Below, in pieces: positions 46,701 through 56,148 of a DNA stretch of 64,000 nt (position 1 is the stretch's first letter; each line of letters starts with the position of its first letter). Under the pieces are notes generated by a model. The model saw nothing but the letters and a program-made list of their open reading frames with translations, searched no databases and was not told where the DNA came from. The DNA is from a virus. The DNA lies in the IMG/VR virus record IMGVR_UViG_3300042888_000160, positions 14,392 through 78,391 of that record, one strand, 5' to 3'. Position numbers and translations under genes: made by a program.

Positions 46701-49700
46701 TTATACAGTACAAGATCCAACTGATGTCAATGGACCACCTGATATAACACTTATAGAACCATAAAAAGCACATACACTAGATGTACTAGGTAAAGTATAA
46801 CCAGTTACAGGAGTACCACTTCCACAAGGAGTGTAACTTATAATGGCTTCTTCAGCTGTATCATTTCTCCACTGTTCACAAGAAGTTAAAATATTTGTAG
46901 TGGTAGTTGTAGTAGTACTACTAGTTGATGTACTTGTAGATGTGCTTGTACTAGTTGATGTACTTGTAGAAGTACTGCTAGAAGTTGTTGTAGTAGTACC
47001 TGGTACAACAGCTGTTCCAGCTAACGCACAGTCAGATACTTCTACAGCAGCAATTGCTGTTAGGTTACATCCTTGGTTTAATCCAGAGTAGAAGAAGTTG
47101 TTTTCTCCTATGTAGTAATTAGGAATGTAACTGTGGAAACTAACCCAGCTCTTTGTATTCATATTGAATGACAAAGTCCATGACTTATTACAGAAATATT
47201 CTGGATCTAACAATTGAATAACTGTAGGAACTTCATCAACTAATATGTAGTATTCTTTATAGTTTGGATTCGTTGTAGTTTTAGTAACACTACATGGCTC
47301 ATTAGAAGTAAATGGATTATCTCCTTGACTACCTATTCCTGGAGTAGTACCTATCTGTACACACTTCTCGTAAACTTCACCAACAGGTACAGACACTGTA
47401 GATTCAACTCCCTCAGAACTAATGTATGTAAACACTTCGTTAGGAGATCCAAGGTCGCCACTGTTACTAAAATACCAAGTTATACCTGGATATGTAGTAG
47501 TTACAGTTGGTGTATTGTCATAGTATATATCTCCCACCCAATTAGGTTGTGGAATGTAGTCAAGTTTAGAGATAATAATTCTATCATACTTGCTATCAAA
47601 TACACCATGTAATCCAACCTTAGCATAGTTGTTATCTACCTCAGCTTCTGGAAAGTAACGTAAGATTTCAAACGCTAAGTGGTCAGTCATGAAACGATTG
47701 ACACCTGAACCAAATGCTGTTAAGTCTACAGCTTGAGATCCTGATATCAAGAAGATCTGTCCACGCTTAGCATCAACTGTAACTTGTCCTTGAGGAATCT
47801 TTAACAAGAACTTATTCTGTGTTCCTACATACCCAAGGTCTGTCTCAGCAAAATCTATTGGAGGAGAACTTCTAAACAATGATGGGTTACCAATATAAGC
47901 AGCTTGTGGATTACTTGTATTGATTGTAAGCATTGTATTGTATAACAATGACTTATTTTCAAAACGAGCAAGGATTCCTTTGTTCTGAATACCATCTAAA
48001 GATACCAATGGGCCATAGCTTTGAGGGAAATCAAAGTATGATATAGGACGATAGATTAACCAGTTATTAATCTTTACTGTTGGATCAGAGCTTTGTGGCT
48101 CTGAGTAAATAGCTCTAAAAGGAAATACAACATTACATTGATTATCACTCCAGTTAAATGGTAAGTGAGTAAAGTTATTTTCTGTATTTTGTTTAGAGTA
48201 AGTTACATTATAGTAGTACGTATTATCTTGAGCAATTGGTACAAATGATTGTTGCAACCAGTTGTCTGGAATTCCTGAGCTTACGTGTGGATAGAAGTTA
48301 CCTTCTCTATTATTAAATGCTTGACGTAAGTCAACGTTAATAGAACTCTCACAATAGAAGTATGGAATACCATAAGCAAACTGATACATCTTACCAGTAT
48401 ACCCAAAGTTTAATGATCCTGTAGTAATAGTACCAGGAGCAGCTGTTGTGGTTGTGGTAGTAGTTGATGTAGCAGAATATATTGGATTGTTAGGACAATC
48501 TAAAGCTGTAGCCTTGATTGATATAACATTCTGTAAGTTTTTATTATTAGGCGTAGTATAGTTGCTCAAGATAGATCTTGACGAATGCCAGTATCTAGGA
48601 TAAGCTACGTTACCAATCTCATCGTAGAATACATCTGAATCATCAAGAGCATTCACTCTATTATCAATAAAGAATGGAAGCTTAGTCTTGAATGCAAAAC
48701 GAGAGATGAATGTATCACCACCAAATATAGTTGCTAATCCTGCTGTAGGAAGATTATCAAAATCAACTTGATATCCTGTATCAATTGTTTGGTAAGTATA
48801 TAACTGACCCCACTGATTAGGAAGAATGTTCTTTAATGATCCATAGTATGATACTACTGAAATATCTTTAAGATCTTCAGGATCTCCACAAGCATTTTTT
48901 TCAGAAGCTACGTATCTAGAACTATCACTGATATTGTTATTTAATGCAGGTACAGCATTAGGATAAGGGAGAGGTAAATCCCCTGGACGACTAAGCTTTG
49001 TTTTTACATATACAGATGACTCTCTCTGGAAGTTATTCAAATCATGATCATCTGATACAGATTGAACACCAGGGATTGCATACTGATAAATATCTAACTC
49101 ACGTTGTTTAAATCCAGAGTTAGTAACATTAGCCCAGTAGTCATACTGTGCTATAGAGTTAAATGACCAAGAGAAGTTTCTTCTACTGATACCATTAATA
49201 TAGATAGTCAGATAAGCCTGATACGTTGTAAACATCGCATTAGGATCAAATGGACTAACTGAGTTAGCTAAATCATAACTAGATCTTAACGCTTGCTGCT
49301 GTATAATTCTATTGATGAACTTGTATCTAGCATTGTTCTTAACCTCAGCAAAGTGAGCTATACCACCACCAAATAAAACATTCTCTATCTTAAGAACATT
49401 TCCTAAAGATGGTTGTCCAAAAGATGTTTCAGGTGAGTTTAACACCATTCTAAACTTAGAAGCATCTGTATCGAAACCATCTAATTTATTAAGTAGGGTT
49501 TCTGGATTTATAAGATCACTTGTAGTGATTGTAAAGTTCTTAGATCCATAGTTATATGTAACAGGATAGAAAGAATTTACCAACTTATAAACAATACCTT
49601 GTGCTGCAGTAACAGTGATAAATTCAATTGCTGCTGTGTATGCATTGTAATACTTAAACGTAGTACTTGAATCTGAAGTTAATCCTACACAGATAGTTTT

Positions 49701-51737
49701 AGATCCTGGATTATTAATACTTGCTGATGCCCCACCATTCAATTTAGGATAGGTGAGTGAGCATACATTAAGTTGAGGGGCACCAACTACCAATGGTATA
49801 TCTCTAACATTTCCTGTATTACAGTCAGTGATTGTTATAGATCCTGGAAGAAATACATTCGATACGTGATATAATACTGATTGAGAATTAAAAGCATAAG
49901 ATTTACTATCTCTATCTTCTACATTTAATTCTGATAAGAATGGATCTTTATTTAAATCATTGTATGGATAGTTAGGAAAATAGTATGTAGTTCCCTCACG
50001 TTGGTACTTACCTACGTTACGTAAAATACCTTTAGCTACAATAGATTTGTTTGTTGAACGATTACCACGAACAATCTTGAACCCAGCAATATCAGCTTTC
50101 TGTTCATCAGTCAAAAGTGAAGAGTTCTCAATTAGTGACTTTACTTGATCTACATCAATCAATACACCAATAGGATACACAGCTGCATTACTTCTACTCA
50201 TAACAGGAGTGATAGGTAAATTCGTAGTGTATGGAGATGATTCAAAGATAGGGCTTACAAGAACATCTGGAAACTTATGATGTCTAATAGGACCTGTTAA
50301 TCCTGCAGCTTGAAACACATTGTCATCTGGACCAGAAGGATATTCTTCTTCTGATTGCCAATAAGCAAACTCACCATACTTCCATGCAGAAGCATTGTTA
50401 ATGTTAGCATTAACGTATGATGCATTTCCTGTAACAGATGCAGTGTTGTATATTTTCCATCTAGGAGAAACATCTCCTGTTCCTATGTAGTCAGCATTAC
50501 TGTTTCTATAGATGGGAGTAGTGTCATTATTTGTAGCTGTACGTCCTGGAATATGGAAACCATCTGTCTGCTTACCATTTCTTAATAAGAATACAATCTC
50601 AAATGCATACACCTCATCACGAAGATAACCTCTAAGATTAGCAGAATTTAATTCGTTAGCGTAAGTTTCACCTGTAGGGATTCTATAAGTTTGCCACTTT
50701 AGATCAATGTTCGCAGCAATAGATTGATAGTTGATGCGTTCGTTAGTAGTAAGTTGATCCCACACTAAGATATCTTGAACAGCAGTAACGTCTTGAGCTA
50801 CATCATAATAAGGAAACTTTTCGAAGATGTCTTCGATAGCAAGTCTTATTTGTGTTTGATTTTGACCAGTGTAAGTTATTTGATTACTTGTTGCGTCAAT
50901 GTTATATGTACCAACTAATTCAACAGAAGTAATGCCATTGATTGATTTGATTACAGCAAGGTTATAGTATTCAAAGTGCCCAGCCTCATCGAGGTTGGTA
51001 ATGTTTAAAACAATAGATCTGTTAACAGGATAGTTAAACTCTAATGTTTCAACTTGTACATTACCAATAGAAACAGGATTAGTAACTGAATAGTATGAAG
51101 TGTATCCAAATCCTACAGCGTCAGAATACTGAATAGCAAACTGATACGTACCAGCAAGTAACTCACCACCTGTAACTACGTCTATAACTGATAGTTCAGG
51201 TACAGGGAAGTTAGGCTGTAACTTTAAACTGTTACAAATATCTGTGGTTGGAGGGTTATCTATATCAAGATAACGTCTAGGATTCTTACCATCAGTCCAA
51301 TAAAGCTCTGTTGTACAGTTTGTTAATCTATGTACAGCTTTTTGTACAGGGTGATTTATATCAAAATTAAGACAATCAGCAGCTATGATAGTTTCATAGA
51401 TGCAATTGTTATTAGAAATCTGTCCTATCTCTGAACCACCTGTATCAGTGTTTACAAGAAAGAAGATGTGTTTATTTTGTTCGTTAATAAAGTGTGTACC
51501 AATAACAACTGTGTTAGCTGGAAACAATACACCATCTTCGTCCAAGCATGGAACATTCCCTTCCTCATTCTGATAGTTAACAGAATTGGAATCAAAGTTC
51601 TCAATGTTAGCATTCAACGCATACGTAAGTGTACCCTTCTTAATCTGACCAAGGGTATTATCCATGTTCAGACCAGTCTGGCCAGCATTGTAATTGTTGG
51701 TAATATTTCCTTTACTAGTTGTTTCTTCTCCAGCCAT
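46701..51737 (-). CDS. Muzzle/tail stabilisation protein, main part; likely start MAGEET at 51737
   Basis: GLNMD...YALNA, LYWTDGKNPRRYLDI, GTYQFAIQY, GYLRDEVYAF, IRHHKFPD, FGGDTFISRF, SWTLSF...WVSFHSYIP; beta-rich; position after ring gene. Confidence 0.75.
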   Translation of the reverse strand: MAGEETTSKGNITNNYNAGQTGLNMDNTLGQIKKGTLTYALNANIENFDSNSVNYQNEEGNVPCLDEDGVLFPANTVVIGTHFINEQNKHIFFLVNTDTGGSEIGQISNNNCIYETIIAADCLNFDINHPVQKAVHRLTNCTTELYWTDGKNPRRYLDIDNPPTTDICNSLKLQPNFPVPELSVIDVVTGGELLAGTYQFAIQYSDAVGFGYTSYYSVTNPVSIGNVQVETLEFNYPVNRSIVLNITNLDEAGHFEYYNLAVIKSINGITSVELVGTYNIDATSNQITYTGQNQTQIRLAIEDIFEKFPYYDVAQDVTAVQDILVWDQLTTNERINYQSIAANIDLKWQTYRIPTGETYANELNSANLRGYLRDEVYAFEIVFLLRNGKQTDGFHIPGRTATNNDTTPIYRNSNADYIGTGDVSPRWKIYNTASVTGNASYVNANINNASAWKYGEFAYWQSEEEYPSGPDDNVFQAAGLTGPIRHHKFPDVLVSPIFESSPYTTNLPITPVMSRSNAAVYPIGVLIDVDQVKSLIENSSLLTDEQKADIAGFKIVRGNRSTNKSIVAKGILRNVGKYQREGTTYYFPNYPYNDLNKDPFLSELNVEDRDSKSYAFNSQSVLYHVSNVFLPGSITITDCNTGNVRDIPLVVGAPQLNVCSLTYPKLNGGASASINNPGSKTICVGLTSDSSTTFKYYNAYTAAIEFITVTAAQGIVYKLVNSFYPVTYNYGSKNFTITTSDLINPETLLNKLDGFDTDASKFRMVLNSPETSFGQPSLGNVLKIENVLFGGGIAHFAEVKNNARYKFINRIIQQQALRSSYDLANSVSPFDPNAMFTTYQAYLTIYINGISRRNFSWSFNSIAQYDYWANVTNSGFKQRELDIYQYAIPGVQSVSDDHDLNNFQRESSVYVKTKLSRPGDLPLPYPNAVPALNNNISDSSRYVASEKNACGDPEDLKDISVVSYYGSLKNILPNQWGQLYTYQTIDTGYQVDFDNLPTAGLATIFGGDTFISRFAFKTKLPFFIDNRVNALDDSDVFYDEIGNVAYPRYWHSSRSILSNYTTPNNKNLQNVISIKATALDCPNNPIYSATSTTTTTTTAAPGTITTGSLNFGYTGKMYQFAYGIPYFYCESSINVDLRQAFNNREGNFYPHVSSGIPDNWLQQSFVPIAQDNTYYYNVTYSKQNTENNFTHLPFNWSDNQCNVVFPFRAIYSEPQSSDPTVKINNWLIYRPISYFDFPQSYGPLVSLDGIQNKGILARFENKSLLYNTMLTINTSNPQAAYIGNPSLFRSSPPIDFAETDLGYVGTQNKFLLKIPQGQVTVDAKRGQIFLISGSQAVDLTAFGSGVNRFMTDHLAFEILRYFPEAEVDNNYAKVGLHGVFDSKYDRIIISKLDYIPQPNWVGDIYYDNTPTVTTTYPGITWYFSNSGDLGSPNEVFTYISSEGVESTVSVPVGEVYEKCVQIGTTPGIGSQGDNPFTSNEPCSVTKTTTNPNYKEYYILVDEVPTVIQLLDPEYFCNKSWTLSFNMNTKSWVSFHSYIPNYYIGENNFFYSGLNQGCNLTAIAAVEVSDCALAGTAVVPGTTTTTSSSTSTSTSTSTSTSTSTSTSSTTTTTTTNILTSCEQWRNDTAEEAIISYTPCGSGTPVTGYTLPSTSSVCAFYGSISVISGGPLTSVGSCTV

Positions 51738-52698
51738 ATCTATATGATCTATTTGGGAGTTCATACATATTGAACCTATTCAGATCGTTCTTTATTCTAC
51801 GTTGTTTAGCCCAGCCATCTTGTTTCTTTATTTCAATGTCTGCCATAATGAATGCTTCCTCAGAAAGTTGCTTATAATACATAAGTTTTTTCTGTATTTG
51901 TTCAAACGTCTCATCTGTTAATTGATTAGATAGGGTTTCAAAAACTTTATATTTAATAAATGTTTCTACAAATTCTCTAACACGATAGTTATCAGGAATC
52001 AATTGATTACCAATAGTGTCATATTCTGTAACGTAGAATATCAAATGAATAACAGCATTTCTCACATTAGTAACAAACTTGTTATCACGAATATCAAATG
52101 AATTACCTGCAGACGAATATGGTGTATTTCTTAAATCAACTGGAGGTGCATTGTAGCCAAACTCCCAAGCATTGCCACCATAGTCTAATGTACAGTTGTT
52201 ACGTCCATTAATATTTCCAGGTTGCATCAAGGCTTGTCTAGTAATAGATCTGTAAGCTTGCTGATTAGTTTTATACACTGTCTGCATTATCTCAGGCATA
52301 CACGATCCATCACATCCAACATTACCACAGCATGTGCTAGGGCATGAAGGACCACCATACACAATAGGACTAACTTGAATAGTTGTCTGTGTTGCTGCTT
52401 GAGAATAAAATGAATTAGGAGTTTGGTATGGATAGTTAGATGTGTCTTCTGAACACATCCAAGCTTCTCTTACAGATATAAAGTTATCTGGGAGACGAGC
52501 TTCAAAATCAGCTACATCTAGGATTGTCTCTTGAATAACATAAGTAGCTCTACCTAACTTACGAAGACACTTATCAAGGTAAGTAGGAAACAATAAGTCA
52601 TCAACTGCTCCTGTATCGAAGTAGCTCTTGAGCTCTTCCTTTACTGTAGCATATACAGGATCAGGAGAAATGAAATTGTATTTATAGTAGTATGCCAT
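51715..52698 (-). CDS. Tail ring protein (crAss-like)
   Basis: FEARLPDNF, GNQLIPDN..VREFVETFIKYKVFE; position just upstream of muzzle gene. Confidence 0.65.
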   Translation of the reverse strand: MAYYYKYNFISPDPVYATVKEELKSYFDTGAVDDLLFPTYLDKCLRKLGRATYVIQETILDVADFEARLPDNFISVREAWMCSEDTSNYPYQTPNSFYSQAATQTTIQVSPIVYGGPSCPSTCCGNVGCDGSCMPEIMQTVYKTNQQAYRSITRQALMQPGNINGRNNCTLDYGGNAWEFGYNAPPVDLRNTPYSSAGNSFDIRDNKFVTNVRNAVIHLIFYVTEYDTIGNQLIPDNYRVREFVETFIKYKVFETLSNQLTDETFEQIQKKLMYYKQLSEEAFIMADIEIKKQDGWAKQRRIKNDLNRFNMYELPNRSYRYGWRRNN

Positions 52699-52704
52699 TT
52701 TATT

Positions 52705-53181
52705 TTATTTTTTCCACTCTCTGTAAATATGCTGATACTTATCGTCAGTCTTAATATAATGTGATAAGAGTCTTGATGTATTCCTAGTAGGTTTAAAGTA
52801 CCAAAGATCAATGTTTCTTATTCTTGCTGTATCTCTAAACCACATCCAACCAAAAAAGTAACCCTCTGTGTGATAGTTAAAGTTATAGATTCGTTTACCT
52901 TTCTCTTTGCTCTTTTGCCAATCAATAGGTAGATTTATAACTTCTTCTCCATCAACCATTTTAAATTTCTTACGCTTCTTTTTATTAATAGAGAATTCAC
53001 CAAAGCCAAAAGGTAGCTTTGCTTTTTCTCCAGTTTCAAGAATGTAGTTTTTGAAATGTTCATTGAATGAATAGATGATATTTCTCCATTCATCAAATGT
53101 AACTTTGATTGATGTGTGCTTCTTACAGAAGTTTTTGTAGTTGTCTTTGCTGGAACTTCTCCAATCTATTTTTACTCTCAT
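52705..53181 (-). CDS. HU/IHF-like basic protein of the crAss-like tail module
   Basis: ILETGEKAKLPFGFGEFSINKKK; IDWQKSK...YNFNYHTEGY; Lys/Arg-rich. Confidence 0.65.
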   Translation of the reverse strand: MRVKIDWRSSSKDNYKNFCKKHTSIKVTFDEWRNIIYSFNEHFKNYILETGEKAKLPFGFGEFSINKKKRKKFKMVDGEEVINLPIDWQKSKEKGKRIYNFNYHTEGYFFGWMWFRDTARIRNIDLWYFKPTRNTSRLLSHYIKTDDKYQHIYREWKK

Positions 53182-53903
53182 TAGCTTCCTGCTGGTGCAT
53201 TAGGAGCTTGACCATCTACACCATTCTCTGTTAGATCATCTTTAAGTCTAAAGTATGTGCTTAACAATTTCTGAGATGTAAGTTCTAATACTTGTTTTTC
53301 TAAATATCCTGGGCAGAATGATTCTCTATCTAAAGGATTCATGCACCACTCGTCATCAGTAACTTGTGCACCACACTCTCCTGAGTATCTCACCTCATTA
53401 GGGATATCCTCTTCGAATAAGGCAGCGATTCTAATCTTCTGGACCAATGGGTCAGTTAGATAAAGATAATCGTTCACAATCCAATAATAGCTTTCATTCT
53501 TGATGATTGGTAGCTTGAGTAAGTTGAGATATCTGTTTATAGATATATCTTTAAACTTCTTACCCATACCACCCATTGCATTGATAGACCATACACCTTG
53601 GATGAGATATTGATAGTTACCTTCTGATATACGTGGAAGTTTTAATTTAGTTCTAGCAATTGTGCAATCATCCACAAAATCACAGCACTCAGTAATTGGA
53701 ACTTGTTCTAATTCCAAACAAGGGATTGTTGTAAATAATGTATCTGTAGACCAAAGTCTACGAAGATTTGTTTCACGTTTAACAAGTAAGATAGTGTTAT
53801 TCTTTAACTCAGAAGCAATAGCTCTGTCTGTTATCAACGCATCTGTTGATAATAATTTGTGCATTGCACGTACGTCTGAAACTAATTTTCTTACTGTTGC
53901 CAT
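53181..53903 (-). CDS. Tail tubular/ring protein (crAss-like)
   Basis: TIPCLELEQVPITECC...RTKLKLP...YYWIVNDYLY...ALFE; synteny. Confidence 0.65.
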   Translation of the reverse strand: MATVRKLVSDVRAMHKLLSTDALITDRAIASELKNNTILLVKRETNLRRLWSTDTLFTTIPCLELEQVPITECCDFVDDCTIARTKLKLPRISEGNYQYLIQGVWSINAMGGMGKKFKDISINRYLNLLKLPIIKNESYYWIVNDYLYLTDPLVQKIRIAALFEEDIPNEVRYSGECGAQVTDDEWCMNPLDRESFCPGYLEKQVLELTSQKLLSTYFRLKDDLTENGVDGQAPNAPAGS

Positions 53904-53905
53904 TT

Positions 53906-55132
53906 TTATATTCTTTCTTCAAATTCAGCAATCTTGCCAGTATCTTTATCATAAACTAAAGCAAGTGCTGCTCTAACGCTATGAACATAGTTGTTATCTT
54001 GATGCCATCTATCTGTACCAGACAAGCTAGGCATTTGTTGTATTCTTACCCCCTTCACTTCTTTAGCCATATAATGATGCTTATCTCCTGTGTGCACCTC
54101 TCTATACTTAGCATATCCAAACATTTGACTATAGTCAGGATGAGTTGCAAATAATAAAGGAAGATCTTCAATCTTGCAGTTACCATGATGATAACCAATA
54201 AATGTTTCTCCTAACATTGTAGCTTTTACTACGCTATGTTCTCTATCAAAGTATACATTATGATCTGTACTAAAATAAACATCAAGAGCATGAGCTAAAT
54301 AATAAGACTTAGTTCTGTCATGATTACCTTGTACTAATATTAGATGTACTTCTTTACAAACATTTTTTAATGCTTTGATTGTGTCTACAAGTAAACCAAA
54401 TCCTAGTTCATACTCATGTGCGTAATCAATAATAGTTTCCTGTGGAGTACCTGCAGTTGTTTGATGTTGATAGTTATCTGTATGAAAGAAATCATTAGAT
54501 ATTGGAAATACAATTCTATCAATATCGTACAAAGTTTTTACATTGTACGCAAGACTAACAGCTGTATTAAAATATCTTTTACATCTAACAGCTGGTGAAT
54601 TATCTCCATCAATATGTCTCTTAGCTAAGTGAAAATCAGATAATGATATCTCAACATCTATTAGCTTAGAACGTTCTTGCTTAGGTTCTGGTTGGGGTAT
54701 GTAGTTGGATTTATAATCTACTAAAAACTTTGCAAAGTCTTCAGCTGTATAATCTTGTGGTTTCTTTTTTGTAGAAAACACAGAGGATGTAAACTTACCA
54801 CTTGGTAAAACCTTTGACCAGTAGTTAGTAATTACATATTTGTCAAGGTTAATCTTGTGTAATCTTGCTAATTCAAGATCGTCTTTAGGTTCAAAGTCGA
54901 GAACTAATGTGCTCTCAATCGTTCCTTTCTCATTGTTTACTTTGCGAATAGATTCGCATAACAATGGTGTGTTCAACGTATTGTTAGGTTCTTGTTCCTT
55001 TCCTCTTAGCTCTTTTAACAATTCATCTACTTCTTGTTCAGTGATTCCAAGCCTTTTGGCATAGAATGCTTTGCTTTGTTTTTGTCTTAACAGTTCTGAA
55101 AGACGCAAAAGCATGTCCTGATTTTCAGTCAT
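53906..55132 (-). CDS. Calcineurin-like metallophosphoesterase with N-terminal HTH-like region
   Basis: SDFH, NDFFHTD, GNHD, YHHG, TGDKHH motifs; N-terminal AFYAKRLGITEQEV. Confidence 0.85.
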   Translation of the reverse strand: MTENQDMLLRLSELLRQKQSKAFYAKRLGITEQEVDELLKELRGKEQEPNNTLNTPLLCESIRKVNNEKGTIESTLVLDFEPKDDLELARLHKINLDKYVITNYWSKVLPSGKFTSSVFSTKKKPQDYTAEDFAKFLVDYKSNYIPQPEPKQERSKLIDVEISLSDFHLAKRHIDGDNSPAVRCKRYFNTAVSLAYNVKTLYDIDRIVFPISNDFFHTDNYQHQTTAGTPQETIIDYAHEYELGFGLLVDTIKALKNVCKEVHLILVQGNHDRTKSYYLAHALDVYFSTDHNVYFDREHSVVKATMLGETFIGYHHGNCKIEDLPLLFATHPDYSQMFGYAKYREVHTGDKHHYMAKEVKGVRIQQMPSLSGTDRWHQDNNYVHSVRAALALVYDKDTGKIAEFEERI

Positions 55133-55158
55133 CCTACTTGTAGTTTAGTTAAATTGTC

Positions 55159-55192
55159 CTAAATATAGAAATTAATTTTTGTATTTACCAAA
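55159..55192 (-). promoter_or_regulatory. Probable promoter for the phosphoesterase/tail operon
   Basis: - strand TTTG - 21 nt - TATATTTA (one mismatch to TAnnTTTG). Confidence 0.5.
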
Positions 55193-55243
55193 TAATTGTA
55201 ACTGAGTTAATTATATAGTTTAATCAAATTGGTTATAAAAATG

Positions 55244-55303
55244 AAAACTCCTGGGGATATCTACCCCAGGAGAAACTCTGTAAACCAACAAACAGAGTTT
55301 TTT
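55244..55303 (-). terminator. Tandem hairpin intrinsic terminator
   Basis: ctcctgggg/ccccaggag (55248-55272) and aaactctgt/acagagttt (55273-55300), flanked by A/T tracts, just after the 273-aa gene. Confidence 0.75.
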
Positions 55304-55308
55304 ATATC

Positions 55309-56130
55309 TTAACACTCGCAACCTTCACTGTACGTGTAGATCTGTATTCCTTCTGGATTAACAGTTGTTCCAGCAGTTACAAAACATGACTCCCCAACAA
55401 TTATAAACGATGGATAACCTGCTCCAAGTATATAATACTTAATAGTTATATCATTACATTTTGTATACTGAGTGTATACAGTTGTAGGACACCCTGTCTG
55501 ACCAGTGGCTGTTATTATAATCTGTGCACCACCTGGATCGTTACCAGTAAGGGATGTGATTCTATATGTATCAACACCATTAGTTACACGATCTTCAACA
55601 GCAAATGTACCTATTGGGTATCTCTGAGAAGTAGTACTTGTAGAATTTGCACAGTTAAACAATATGTAGTATTCTCCAAGAGGAGGACATCCTGTTTGAC
55701 CTGTAGTAGTTACAGCAACTTGACCTCCAAATGGATTTGAATTAAACACTTGGTTAATTACATAAGGGAAGTTTTGATACAACACTCTTTCATTTAATGC
55801 AAATGTTCCTGGAGGATATGCTATAGTATTTAACGTTGCTGTTGTATTACAGTTAAGAACCCTATACCATTGTTGAGCAACAGGAGGTGCTGTACTAGTA
55901 GTTGTAGTAGTTGTACCTATAGTTAAATCAATATAGTTGGTACATATATCTAATGACTTCACACGAACTATTGTAGCGTTGCCTGGTACAACAGTAGATA
56001 GATATCCATTCTCCAGAACACCTCTTGCTATTGTTGAAGCAAATGGAACTGCATAATTGTCGCTGTTTGAAAACAGGTCAAAAGGACCTGTATCCACACC
56101 AGCTGTTGTTAATGTTATTAAAACATCCAT
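55309..56130 (-). CDS. Modular surface protein: N-terminal beta domain, poly-Thr linker, tandem Cys-bounded repeats
   Basis: TTTTTTST linker; two repeats Y....NC.........YP.GTFA...RV......Y.I......P.G.Q...T.TGQTGCP. Confidence 0.7.
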   Translation of the reverse strand: MDVLITLTTAGVDTGPFDLFSNSDNYAVPFASTIARGVLENGYLSTVVPGNATIVRVKSLDICTNYIDLTIGTTTTTTSTAPPVAQQWYRVLNCNTTATLNTIAYPPGTFALNERVLYQNFPYVINQVFNSNPFGGQVAVTTTGQTGCPPLGEYYILFNCANSTSTTSQRYPIGTFAVEDRVTNGVDTYRITSLTGNDPGGAQIIITATGQTGCPTTVYTQYTKCNDITIKYYILGAGYPSFIIVGESCFVTAGTTVNPEGIQIYTYSEGCEC

Positions 56131-56148
56131 ATTATTTTATTTATTGGT

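Noticed and set aside
14878-51764. ORF-track starts at 15396 and 51764 (and 11228)
   Set aside because: They extend deep into upstream genes; downstream ATGs at 15333, 51737 and 11189 fit operon packing better
19418-55132. Many short ORFs nested in the large structural and RNAP genes
   Set aside because: Fully overlapped by long genes; no recognisable motifs
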